Made by a program: the position numbers and the translations under genes | Shown: positions 26,883 to 36,472 of the stretch, one piece after another | Position numbering within the stretch: the first letter of the stretch is position 1 | Layout: the number at the start of each line of letters is the position of its first letter | Virus record (IMG/VR): IMGVR_UViG_3300045988_094081 | Coordinates: 38,033-102,032 of that record | Source of the DNA: a virus | Reading direction: 5' to 3' (one strand) | Length of the DNA: 64,000 nt | Notes under the pieces: model-generated | Databases searched by the model: none | What the model was told of the DNA's origin: nothing | Seen by the model: the letters and a program-made list of their open reading frames with translations, nothing else

Positions 26883-29800
26883 ATGGTATCAACGTGTATT
26901 ATTAAAAGAGATAATAAAAAGAAAGTTGTTTCTGTCTCTACCAGATCAGGGGACAGGTCTATGTTATTCGATAAGATAGCATCTATTCCTCTTATGGAAA
27001 ATAGGGAACGGGCTACTACTGTTTTTAAAACCGTATTTTCTAATAAGTTCTTAAAGGCTTTTGGTGACTGGAGAAGGAATGTGCCTATCAACAAACAGGC
27101 TTACAATAAGGTAAAATCCAATATCGACCTTATTCCGGAAGCCTATAGAGAAAGGGTGCTGGATAAGGCTTCTAAGATGAGCAACCCTATTCTTGTGTCG
27201 AAATCAGATGCACCTTATGGGATTCAAGAATCAGGCTTTGGATTCTATAGCCAGGATCTGGGTGATAATATTATGTTGGTGGATGCTATGGTTCCGTCAG
27301 GTATTTCCATACCGGAAGGACCGGGAATAGACGCCGGCCAGTATCTACAAGATGCTATATCTTCAGACTTCACTCCCGTATCTATGGTACAGGATAAGGG
27401 TGTTGATTATATGGTCATAAAAGACGGTCTTAAGATATTTAGCCCAGAAGAGCTACCAGAGGCAGATTCTAATCCTGTGGGTGTAACGTATCAGACTGGA
27501 GAGCCTCGTTTGTTTTTCATGAACGATCGTAATCAATTATTTGAAGATTACGGAGAAGCTCTTCGCTCTGGAGGGAATGATATTAGAATAGGATTCTTAT
27601 CAGGCATCGTTCAAGAATCTACCGTGGATGGAGTGGCAGACATTACTTACAAGGCTGGAAAGTATGTTCTTAATAATCCCAAGTCTTTTATACCGGTCAT
27701 GACCGCTTCCGCTTCTACTTCTTTATCAACAAAAGGCGGTATAATTAACTACCTTATAAAGAAAGGTCTTTTGTCCGGATCCAAGATATTCGATCCGGAA
27801 ACAAGAGGCTATTATATTACAGGAGAAGGACATACAGGACAAATTAGACTTTTCAATTCAGCATTATCCTACACTGAGCTCCGTAATCATTTTGGTTCTG
27901 ATGTTTCCATGAATGATCAAGGCATGATAACCATAAATTCATTGGATAATAGTAAGGTAACTATGAGACTCGCCACCGGAGGAACGGAAAGGGTTAGCAG
28001 GGGGCAGATAAAGAACGATCTCAAGTCAGGAAGATACAATGAATTGGACGCCAAGTACGATCATTTTGATGCGCTTGTAGTTTCATTCATATTAGAAGAC
28101 AACGATCTTTATGCTGATACTAAAGCTAAGATCGTATCGGATTATAGCCAAGAGGAACGTAATCAACGAAATTCTATTGTTGAGATACTGAAAACTCTTG
28201 GCGTTAGTGTCGTTGGCATGACCGATTATATAGAGAAGTACCAAACTAAATACGGACACGAACCTTCTGCTAAAGCATTGGCGGATATTGCCAATAACGT
28301 AATAGCAGTCGGTGAAGATGCTACTTTGTCTGACTTAGTAGAAGAAACAGCCCACTTCCTTGTAGAGGCGTACAGAGATCAGAATGCTGTTGAGGCTGTT
28401 CTGCAAGATGTAGAAGGTACGGAAGAGTGGAACCAATATGCAGGTCAGTATTATAATACATACGGTAAGGTATATGAAGGGGCTGAGCTTGATAATGCTG
28501 TTAGGAGAGAAATTCTTGGAAAGATCCTCGCCAGGGAGATGCAGACCGGAACAGCACAGGCGCCGGTAGAGCCTACCTCCTTCCTGGGGCGCGTCCGGCA
28601 GCTTCTCTCTGGAATTGTAAACTGGCTTAAATCAGCTTTATCAACCCAAAGACAGGATTTGAATAACGTTATTAAAAATATTCGTGATCTTGCTATTACC
28701 GACATAGATAAAGGATTTGATACTTCTCTTTTGAAGGATAATGACTTTACATTATACTCCCTTTCTTCTATGAACAAGAACAAGTTTCTTGAGTCTAAGA
28801 TCCGGGCATTGAGAAAAACGTTAAGAGACTTACGTCAGATAAGCTCTGATAGGGCTGTAACTACGTCTATGACCCTTGCCCAGCTTAAGACCATAGAAGA
28901 TAAGATAAATAAGGTAGAGACCGAAATAGACAAGAATGAGATGGCGGCCGCCATGAACAGCATGATCTCCACAGCCGAAGCTCAGGTTAGATACTTAAGC
29001 AACGTAGTAAATACTATCCTTCATGGTGATACCAAAGACGGTAAGCTTCATTTCAATACCAATGATCGAAAGAACGTAGATATTATCAACAATCAGGTTC
29101 TTCCGATCATGAACGATCTTCGAGGATATATCCGTAACAGAAGTACCGAATTTGATGAGCGTGAAAAGCAGGATTATACAAATAGGATCAATACCGTCAT
29201 TGCCGACATCAACGGTATTCAGTCTGATATTAAATCAGTACAAGATCTTGATGAAAGTACGTTGCTTGACAAGTTAATGAACGAACTTCATGTGCCGGCA
29301 GATAAGGTAAAGAGAGTAAAAGAGTTCTTTGATAAGGTTCAACACGATGTTTCTTGGATAAGTAGGTGGTTCGGTATATTAGAGCATTCTTCCAGCCCGT
29401 TCAACAACGCTCTTGGAGCTATGATTGCCAAAGACAATTACAATGCGATGGTGAATGCCCAGCCCGCTATATCCGATTTTCTGGCATATGCGAAAAAGCA
29501 TGGTTTTAACAAATCTGAATTTGAAAAACTGCTTCAGAAAGTAGACGGCAAAACTTCTAATTACCTTCGTAGTGCCCTTGATATGGCTAAATACGATCGT
29601 AATAAGAAGCTGGCGCAGATGCGAGCGTTTGCGACCGCCATGAACATAGAGATATCAGAAGAAGAAATCAATGATGTGGTTGACAATAACCGTAATTACG
29701 TATTTAAAAGAGAAGTAGTTGACAAGGACGGAAATACGGTTACTGAGAACGCTAAATTTAAACCGTCGTCCGATAGGGTTAATACCGATATTTTTACTAT

Positions 29801-32800
29801 CGAACAGGAAAAAATCTATACAGAACAGATGGAGAAGTGGGATGCTGAAAATTCAGAACTGGAATTTAGTGAAAGTTATGCCACAAGAATGGAATCCATA
29901 TACAAAAAGGCCGAAGAAGAATTAGGGCATCCGGTTTCTCAAACAACCAAAGAATACCTTAACGCTCTTTCTCGGCAGAAGCGGATATTGAGGCAGCCTT
30001 TTATTGATAGCAATGGTAATTTTGATGAGGTTGCTTACTATAAGAGTAGTAACTACGAAGAAGAAGGACTGCTTCGTAAACAACGTAAGGAAGCAGCTTC
30101 AGAATACATATATGTAGGAACCAGGAGAGTGGAAAAAACCGGCGACCAACTTAAGATGGCCAAAGAAATACAAGCTATAAATGAAGTTTGGAGAAAGGAA
30201 TCAAATAATGTCACTAATGTCGTATCAGAATCGTTTTTGCAAAAATTGAGAACGATTCAGAACGAGTCAGGAGGAGAAGCTGCGCTGAAGACACTTATGT
30301 TGGGAGGTCACCTGTCATTTAATGATCGGTTTTGGAATGACGTAGAATCGGAACAGTCGGCGCGCACCGAATCAAACAACAAGGCTTCGTATCTTAAAAT
30401 GGCGCATGATATCATTAGCTCTACGACAAGTGATAGAGATGCGACTGACGTGGATTCGATTGTGAAAGATATAGAAAAAAATAAGGCCATTATCAAGGAA
30501 ATAATCGGAAACAACCGAGATGTGGCTGATATCGGAGAAATTAACGAAGCGACATTTACCTCATCTGAAAGAGATGCTTTTAGGGCCGCATCTGAAGCTA
30601 TTGAAGCCGATTACGCTATTTTGATAGATTATGCTAAGATGGTGGGTCTTGAAGATATTGATAAGTACCTTACTAAAAGCAGTAAGGCTGAAAACGAAGT
30701 AAATCAGTCTTATTTAAATGCTCTTGCTGACTCCAAGGAAGTGGAATGGAAGTTTGTGCAACGTCATACTACGGCAAAGAAAGCAAAAAGGATTCAGGCT
30801 TTAAGGGATAAGCTGTTTAAAGCTGCTGATAACCGATATCTGTTTACCGTATCTGAAACCAACTACCTGTCAGAAAAGCTTGGAATAAGCAAAGAATTAG
30901 ACGGTAGAGATTTTAGGAATGCTGTCAATGCTAAGATGGCCAGCTTATTTTTAAATAACACAAGAGAATCAGGTATAGAAGAAGCTAATGCGATCGTTAA
31001 TGAATTTGCCAGGAGCCAGGTCTTTTCGTACTATAAACGCATGGCACCTACCGGATATGCGGCTATGATTGGTAAAATAGGCCGCGGTGAGATAGATGTG
31101 GCGCAGATGGTTAAAGACGTACAGAACAGTACATCCACCCAAGATTATGGCATGGACATATCATACCTGTCTTTCGACCCTGCAAGGGCATGGGTGGCTG
31201 AATCTGAAGCCGAAAATAGCGGTCGTAACCCTGATTATGTAAAAGATCATGGGTATGGTCATCGTATGCCCAAGAAAAGCCTGTATCGTGATGAATCGTA
31301 TTTCAATGACTTTGGTATCAAGTATGATGCTGACGGTAATGAGGTTGCTACTAAAAACGTAGAGCAATGGAATATGATTCAAAAACTTAAGGAAATAAAA
31401 AGACAATCCCTTTCCTTATACAAAGAGCAGAGCCCGAACCTGTATGCTATTCCACAGATATCCAAACAAGATATAGAACGTGTGGAAGGATTGGGTATCA
31501 GCCTTAAAAGTACGGTCAGGAACTTCGTATCCGACTTATGTCTTGATCGCGTAGATGACTCCCTGTATGGTAAAACACGCCAGGGTGAGGTATATGATCC
31601 GGAAGATAGGGTTCGGTCCATACCTAAATACTACATATATGAATTAGAGAACCAAGATGACGTATCTCATGATTTTGGTTACTCTTATTCGATGCTTATG
31701 ATGCAGTCATCGTTATACAACGAAAAGCAGAAGTCTATAGAGCTCGCTCAAGGACTGGAGCAGATGTTACTGAATAAACAATTTGAAGGTGGTAAAAAGG
31801 CTGAAGCAACCCAAGCATATCAGATGTTCAGGGACTTCTTCAACGATCATTATTATGGCATTAGGATGAACACCAAAAAACTTACGGTGAACATCGGAGG
31901 ATATACGGTAGACCTTACAAGAATTATGATGGCTGTTGAAAGATTTATGTCGGTTATGAACCTGGCGCTGTCCCCGTTTGTGGCAGCTACCGGCGCCTTA
32001 ACAGGTCATATCAACCTCATCATGGAATCTGCCGTAGGACAGTATATAAGCAAAGACTCCCTTAAATACGCATCGGCTGAGTTTTCTCGTCTTGCGCCAT
32101 CTTGTATAGCAGAAACCGGAGACATAGATAGAAAAAGCAAATTATATGTCATAGGTGAGAGAATGGGGATATTCAATATCCGAAATCGTATGTATGGTGC
32201 CGGATACAATAGAGTGGCCAGGACCTTAATGCGTTCGCCTATGTATGCTTTTATGGAAATCCTGAACTACCCTCTTGATCCGCAGGTTATGATTGCTACT
32301 ATGGACAATGTTCGTTATTACAAAGGTCGGTTCTACACGTTCCAAGATTTCAAGATGGAAAAAGAACGTAATAAAGAACAGAGTACCATAAAAAGAGAAT
32401 GGAACGCATTAAAAGATCGTACTTTATGGAGTATGGTAGATGTCGTGGATGGAAAGGTGGTTGTAAAGCCCGGATCGGGTGTTACTGTTGAGGAGGTTGA
32501 AACTCAGATGGCTATAACCCGAAATCAGGTTCGTAGCCTGTCTCAGATATGTAACGGATCTTTGAATGAAGAAAACCGAACTGCCGCATCGCGCAACTGG
32601 ATAGCCAGGTTCATGACCGCCCACCGAGGATGGTTGGTGCTGGCGGCTCAACGTCTGTGGAAAAGACGTGGCTTCAATTTCCAGACAATGCAAGAAGAGG
32701 AAGGGTTGTCAATTACGTTAAAGAATATGATAGCCAAAACATTTAGCTTAGCTTCCGAGTCTGGTATGAAAAACATCATAGATGCCTGGAACGAAAATAA

Positions 32801-33305
32801 AGACAATATGAATGAGGTAGAGAAAACCAATCTCAAACGTCTCAGTGTCTATGCCGGCACGTTCCTTATCATGCAGGCCGTATCTATGCTTCTTGCCGGA
32901 TGGCGTGATGATGATGAAAACGAGGAAAGCTGGCTTACTCAATTCGGATCTTATGTAGGATTTAGAACCATAAATGAAATAGCTTCACAGATGCCGTTTA
33001 TTATGGAGCTTAATGTGGTGGATATCATTAATGACCCATTTGTCATGGGACGGAAACTGAAGGATCTCACCGATCTCAGGAACTACTCACTTGATAAAGT
33101 AACATCTGGTACATATAAAGGTGAGTCTAAGTTATTTAGACAACTCGCTAAACAGACGTTTATCAAACAATGGTATAACATTAAGACGCCGGAAGACGTA
33201 GCACGTGCCTATAACTGGTGGCAGCAGACGAACAACAAGTCAATGATGTTTTTCATCGGTGCCACTCCTGATTCAGAAGGAGACGATGATGTGAGCTACA
33301 AGTAG
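26883..33305 (+). CDS. Second giant protein (2140 aa), presumed virion/ejection cargo. No catalytic motif recognised.
   Basis: 6.4-kb uninterrupted ORF with its own promoter and a terminator upstream. Confidence 0.8.
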   Translation: MVSTCIIKRDNKKKVVSVSTRSGDRSMLFDKIASIPLMENRERATTVFKTVFSNKFLKAFGDWRRNVPINKQAYNKVKSNIDLIPEAYRERVLDKASKMSNPILVSKSDAPYGIQESGFGFYSQDLGDNIMLVDAMVPSGISIPEGPGIDAGQYLQDAISSDFTPVSMVQDKGVDYMVIKDGLKIFSPEELPEADSNPVGVTYQTGEPRLFFMNDRNQLFEDYGEALRSGGNDIRIGFLSGIVQESTVDGVADITYKAGKYVLNNPKSFIPVMTASASTSLSTKGGIINYLIKKGLLSGSKIFDPETRGYYITGEGHTGQIRLFNSALSYTELRNHFGSDVSMNDQGMITINSLDNSKVTMRLATGGTERVSRGQIKNDLKSGRYNELDAKYDHFDALVVSFILEDNDLYADTKAKIVSDYSQEERNQRNSIVEILKTLGVSVVGMTDYIEKYQTKYGHEPSAKALADIANNVIAVGEDATLSDLVEETAHFLVEAYRDQNAVEAVLQDVEGTEEWNQYAGQYYNTYGKVYEGAELDNAVRREILGKILAREMQTGTAQAPVEPTSFLGRVRQLLSGIVNWLKSALSTQRQDLNNVIKNIRDLAITDIDKGFDTSLLKDNDFTLYSLSSMNKNKFLESKIRALRKTLRDLRQISSDRAVTTSMTLAQLKTIEDKINKVETEIDKNEMAAAMNSMISTAEAQVRYLSNVVNTILHGDTKDGKLHFNTNDRKNVDIINNQVLPIMNDLRGYIRNRSTEFDEREKQDYTNRINTVIADINGIQSDIKSVQDLDESTLLDKLMNELHVPADKVKRVKEFFDKVQHDVSWISRWFGILEHSSSPFNNALGAMIAKDNYNAMVNAQPAISDFLAYAKKHGFNKSEFEKLLQKVDGKTSNYLRSALDMAKYDRNKKLAQMRAFATAMNIEISEEEINDVVDNNRNYVFKREVVDKDGNTVTENAKFKPSSDRVNTDIFTIEQEKIYTEQMEKWDAENSELEFSESYATRMESIYKKAEEELGHPVSQTTKEYLNALSRQKRILRQPFIDSNGNFDEVAYYKSSNYEEEGLLRKQRKEAASEYIYVGTRRVEKTGDQLKMAKEIQAINEVWRKESNNVTNVVSESFLQKLRTIQNESGGEAALKTLMLGGHLSFNDRFWNDVESEQSARTESNNKASYLKMAHDIISSTTSDRDATDVDSIVKDIEKNKAIIKEIIGNNRDVADIGEINEATFTSSERDAFRAASEAIEADYAILIDYAKMVGLEDIDKYLTKSSKAENEVNQSYLNALADSKEVEWKFVQRHTTAKKAKRIQALRDKLFKAADNRYLFTVSETNYLSEKLGISKELDGRDFRNAVNAKMASLFLNNTRESGIEEANAIVNEFARSQVFSYYKRMAPTGYAAMIGKIGRGEIDVAQMVKDVQNSTSTQDYGMDISYLSFDPARAWVAESEAENSGRNPDYVKDHGYGHRMPKKSLYRDESYFNDFGIKYDADGNEVATKNVEQWNMIQKLKEIKRQSLSLYKEQSPNLYAIPQISKQDIERVEGLGISLKSTVRNFVSDLCLDRVDDSLYGKTRQGEVYDPEDRVRSIPKYYIYELENQDDVSHDFGYSYSMLMMQSSLYNEKQKSIELAQGLEQMLLNKQFEGGKKAEATQAYQMFRDFFNDHYYGIRMNTKKLTVNIGGYTVDLTRIMMAVERFMSVMNLALSPFVAATGALTGHINLIMESAVGQYISKDSLKYASAEFSRLAPSCIAETGDIDRKSKLYVIGERMGIFNIRNRMYGAGYNRVARTLMRSPMYAFMEILNYPLDPQVMIATMDNVRYYKGRFYTFQDFKMEKERNKEQSTIKREWNALKDRTLWSMVDVVDGKVVVKPGSGVTVEEVETQMAITRNQVRSLSQICNGSLNEENRTAASRNWIARFMTAHRGWLVLAAQRLWKRRGFNFQTMQEEEGLSITLKNMIAKTFSLASESGMKNIIDAWNENKDNMNEVEKTNLKRLSVYAGTFLIMQAVSMLLAGWRDDDENEESWLTQFGSYVGFRTINEIASQMPFIMELNVVDIINDPFVMGRKLKDLTDLRNYSLDKVTSGTYKGESKLFRQLAKQTFIKQWYNIKTPEDVARAYNWWQQTNNKSMMFFIGATPDSEGDDDVSYK

Positions 33306-33376
33306 ACGAAGAATATCGGACTTGCATTGTTTTGGTATGATTCCAATATGCTATATTAGCATCGTCAAAGAGTAGA

Positions 33377-34135
33377 TTGTACGTTTTTTGTTCTTACTTG
33401 AAAGATTATGTAGGTTTATTTTTTCTGAAATTGTTTTCTTACCGGTTCTCAGTCAGAGATGATAGGGAACCGGTTTCTTTTATGTTGTCAATTATTGCTA
33501 TCTTGCAAACAAAAATCATGAGACGAAGATTTCAAATAGGGATGGGGGTAAATCCCTCGCTTATAATCAATAAAGGCATATACATCCAACATGTAGATGG
33601 AGGATTATATACAAAAGAAAATTGGTCTAATAAAGGATATTCCAATGATCTATGCAATGGAATAGCTCTTGTAGATAAAGTGTGTTTTGTTATAGCCACC
33701 GAATATATTGGCACATTTCGTTGGGGTAAGGATGGAGAAATAGACAATATATTTGCACAAGATAGTTCTCATATTGGAACTATTAAAAAGGATTATTGGG
33801 GGCGTGAAAATCAGAATGCGTATCTTGAATATGATACCAGTAATACAGATTACGCTTTTAATAAAGCTAATAGCTATTTATTTAAAAATGGTCAAAATGG
33901 ATATGTAGGTGGCGCCGGAGAGTTTTTTTTGATATCATTGTATGCTAATGAAATAAACGAATGCCTTTTAATGGTAGGAGGTACGATAATGAGTAATAGA
34001 ATGTGGACATCCACTCGAAATGAAAAATTTACCTATTCGTGGTATTATGATATAAACATCCAAGGAGATCATTTGGATACAGGTTCAAGGGGCAGTTCAC
34101 ATTATGTCCGTCCTTTTACTGAATTAATTTTATGA
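33377..34135 (+). CDS. Hypothetical protein (up to 252 aa; start uncertain), possibly a fibre or receptor-binding accessory
   Basis: ORF. Gly/Asn/Tyr-rich and beta-like. Position is at the distal end of the structural block. Confidence 0.45.
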   Translation: MYVFCSYLKDYVGLFFLKLFSYRFSVRDDREPVSFMLSIIAILQTKIMRRRFQIGMGVNPSLIINKGIYIQHVDGGLYTKENWSNKGYSNDLCNGIALVDKVCFVIATEYIGTFRWGKDGEIDNIFAQDSSHIGTIKKDYWGRENQNAYLEYDTSNTDYAFNKANSYLFKNGQNGYVGGAGEFFLISLYANEINECLLMVGGTIMSNRMWTSTRNEKFTYSWYYDINIQGDHLDTGSRGSSHYVRPFTELIL

Positions 34136-34139
34136 AATT

Positions 34140-34868
34140 ATGAGAAGAAGATACGAAAATGATATTAAGCTATACGAATATGTAATAAATAGCAACTGTA
34201 TAGGCGGAACCATATTCGTAGATGGAAAAAATGTAGGTGTCGTAAGCTCCAGTCCTTTGATTTACGTTACTCCAAAACCAATCATCTCTTCTATTAGTAT
34301 CTCAGGGGGATTGCCCTCTGATAATAGAGAATTGATAGATACATATACTGAAAATAGTACAGATATTCAAGGATTAGATAAAATAGCTATAATTGTTTCT
34401 CCACAAAATGGAAATGATTATAATATTCTACACGTTAGTTTGCCTGTCATTAACTTTGTTCTTGTTTCTACTCCTATTACTTACAAAAAATATAAAGTTT
34501 ATCATAATCACGCTCCAGAGTCTATTTACAATGTTGTTCCTGGATTATATAACCTGAATTACACCTACGAAATAAAAGAGGAGACAGATGAAGGGACACC
34601 TGGCAGCCCTACCTATAAAGCTCTTTACAAGGATGATTCAAAATGGAATCTGGGGGTTGTTGATAGCAATGTCAATATAGAAGGTAGACTTAATAATACA
34701 GTATCGTTAAACACTGTTTCTATAATACATATTCAGTCTAATATACAAGATGATAGCTACATAGTATTTAAAGCTGACGTAAACCTGTATCTAATAGATC
34801 CTTCTGATAGATATAACCCTGTATATAATAATACTATAACCAAACAATTGCGATATGAGTTCAAATAA
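34140..34868 (+). CDS. Hypothetical beta-rich protein (242 aa), possibly a fibre or receptor-binding accessory
   Basis: ORF, last gene of the + block, followed by a bidirectional terminator. Confidence 0.5.
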   Translation: MRRRYENDIKLYEYVINSNCIGGTIFVDGKNVGVVSSSPLIYVTPKPIISSISISGGLPSDNRELIDTYTENSTDIQGLDKIAIIVSPQNGNDYNILHVSLPVINFVLVSTPITYKKYKVYHNHAPESIYNVVPGLYNLNYTYEIKEETDEGTPGSPTYKALYKDDSKWNLGVVDSNVNIEGRLNNTVSLNTVSIIHIQSNIQDDSYIVFKADVNLYLIDPSDRYNPVYNNTITKQLRYEFK

Positions 34869-34872
34869 AAAA

Positions 34873-34910
34873 ATAATTATGGCACCAAGAACTATTGGTG
34901 CCATAATTAT
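34873..34910. terminator. Bidirectional intrinsic terminator between the convergent gene blocks. It is a 13-bp perfect stem (AATTATGGCACCA-AGAACTAT-TGGTGCCATAATT) flanked by an A-run and a T/A-run.
   Basis: Read directly; it sits exactly between the last + gene (stop 34868) and the last - gene (stop 34910). Confidence 0.65.
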
Positions 34911-35167
34911 TAAAACCGTTTCTTGTAACAAGAGTCCACTACCTTTACCTTTTCTTCTTTGTTCTTACCATAATTAAATTCATACGCATCTTCGAATGAA
35001 TAAAAAACAGCATAACACGACATGCCAAACATATCGTATTTTATCCTGTTTTTCCATTTCCCAAAAATGTTTTGATATTGGCACCAATATTCTACTTCCC
35101 CATTAGTTAATTTCCTTTCAACTATTCTAAGAGGAATATGAAACAAGTTTCTAAGCATTAACTTCAT
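34910..35167 (-). CDS. Hypothetical protein (85 aa)
   Basis: ORF; it overlaps the upstream gene by 17 nt. Confidence 0.4.
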   Translation of the reverse strand: MKLMLRNLFHIPLRIVERKLTNGEVEYWCQYQNIFGKWKNRIKYDMFGMSCYAVFYSFEDAYEFNYGKNKEEKVKVVDSCYKKRF

Positions 35168-35639
35168 GACCTTCCCTATCTGTGAAAACTAAACCAATAC
35201 CTTCTACAATATATCCTACTACAGGAGCTTTGTCAAATTCCTCCTTCGTAGCCCAAGTAGCATTATCAGGCATAAGATCCTTGAATGCGTCCGAAACATC
35301 ACCTTGACACCAGCAGTTATTTGATACAACAATGCCTTTCCCTTCGATATTGATATACATCTTTCTTCCACCACATCCAAGGCTGTTCCATCCGCTCGGT
35401 ACGTTTTCCACCATAGGCTTAAGCACCCAGCTTACACCGTCTATCCTAACCCATCCAGGATCGTCTTTGTGCTTGTCGTACAAGTTTTGCCAAAAAGAAC
35501 ATTCGTAGCACCATCCCCTGTCTTCCATAACAGTTCTTATCTCACACCTTTCAAATCCATCTGCATCCATCGTGTGCGGAGAATGAGGCTGGTGAGGGGT
35601 GCCACATTTTGGACATACGAGTTTTAAATTATTTTCCAT
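35151..35639 (-). CDS. Zn-ribbon protein, paralog A (162 aa; CPKCG...CYECSFW...IDGVSW...GGRKM...FKDLMPDNATW)
   Basis: Clear paralogy with the ORF at 55529..55933; shared motifs are listed in the findings. Confidence 0.6.
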   Translation of the reverse strand: MENNLKLVCPKCGTPHQPHSPHTMDADGFERCEIRTVMEDRGWCYECSFWQNLYDKHKDDPGWVRIDGVSWVLKPMVENVPSGWNSLGCGGRKMYINIEGKGIVVSNNCWCQGDVSDAFKDLMPDNATWATKEEFDKAPVVGYIVEGIGLVFTDREGHEVNA

Positions 35640-35740
35640 ATTATTTCACTTTTACGATCTTAACAGAATCTCCGATATTGTATTCCCCTTGGTATCCACT
35701 GAATCAATAAAAGACTCTTTATTTTTTTTTCTGAAAAGAT

Positions 35741-36331
35741 TTAGGCATTTAACTCTGATTTATAAAACTTCATTGTTGTTTCTTTGGAGATATAAACTTC
35801 GCATCTATCAGCTGGGCCATAACCTACACGCGCTTGTATCCAAGGCAACTCTCTATGTATTGCTGTTTCAAGCTGAAACTGATTCCATTCTGAAAGATTT
35901 TCCAAAACAGTACTCACTAAATCTTTCTGGTCTGTTGTTAATTTGGCAAACTCAGCGTCAACATCTATATCACCGGGAGCATAACTATAGGACAATTCTG
36001 AGTATAAAATTGATTTGTCTTTTAAACTGTCGTACACTTTACGGCTAACCGGCCCATGAACCCACGCTTGAAATTTATCAGAAACCAATTCTGTACCAAA
36101 GTAAGCAAGATGGTATGCGTCACAATAAAACAACAATTTTTGCAATTTTAAGTGAGACATAGAGCCATAATGCTTAACAATATATTCACATAAGACTAAT
36201 GAGTCTATCTTTTGAAGTTTTCGGCTCGTTTCCATTTTTCTATTTTTTTGATGACAAAAATACCCTTTTGTTTTTCTAAAACAAAGAAAATCCTTTATTT
36301 GTTTGTTAAACGTGTTTACAAACACTTTCAA
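35741..36331 (-). CDS. Panacea-domain (DUF4065, PanA/SocA-like) antitoxin-type protein. The likely real start is the ATG at 36235 (164 aa), since the ORF-track start at 36331 is TTG.
   Basis: The sequence LKLQKLLFYCDAYHLAYFGTELVSDKFQAWVHGPVSRKVYDSLK matches the Panacea core (KLQKLLYy...AW..GPV...vY). A minus-strand TATTTTTG -7 box (plus strand 36255-36262) lies 19 nt upstream of the ATG at 36235. Confidence 0.75.
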   Translation of the reverse strand: MKVFVNTFNKQIKDFLCFRKTKGYFCHQKNRKMETSRKLQKIDSLVLCEYIVKHYGSMSHLKLQKLLFYCDAYHLAYFGTELVSDKFQAWVHGPVSRKVYDSLKDKSILYSELSYSYAPGDIDVDAEFAKLTTDQKDLVSTVLENLSEWNQFQLETAIHRELPWIQARVGYGPADRCEVYISKETTMKFYKSELNA

Positions 36332-36465
36332 TAATAATCGGTATATATCACACGTTCACCATTTAAAGGAGATAGATCATATATAACCCATCCGTCATTA
36401 ACCTGATTATCATCATGCGAACATGATGATAACACAAGTGCCATCAATAAAACAAAATACCTCAT
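36328..36465 (-). CDS. Tiny lipoprotein (45 aa, MRYFVLLMALVLSSCSHDDNQVNDGWVIYDLSPLNGERVIYTDYY)
   Basis: Found by manual translation and not in the ORF track. It has a signal peptide with lipobox LSSC, and the +2 to +5 residues (SHDD) resemble the Bacteroidota lipoprotein export signal. Confidence 0.35.
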   Translation of the reverse strand: MRYFVLLMALVLSSCSHDDNQVNDGWVIYDLSPLNGERVIYTDYY

Positions 36466-36472
36466 ATTATTT

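Noticed and set aside
9608-33305. Possibility that one of the giant proteins is a crAss-like virion RNA polymerase
   Set aside because: I scanned the 2239-, 2140-, 1007-, 947- and 752-aa translations for DxDGD/DFDGD-type metal-binding motifs and found none. NTDGDFD in the 947-aa protein and YDADGNE in the 2140-aa protein do not fit. It cannot be excluded without profile or structure searches.
36236-36331. TTG start (36331) for the Panacea gene as given by the ORF track
   Set aside because: A TATTTTTG -7 box lies inside that N-terminal extension and an in-frame ATG at 36235 has ideal spacing. The extension would also overlap the lipoprotein ORF.
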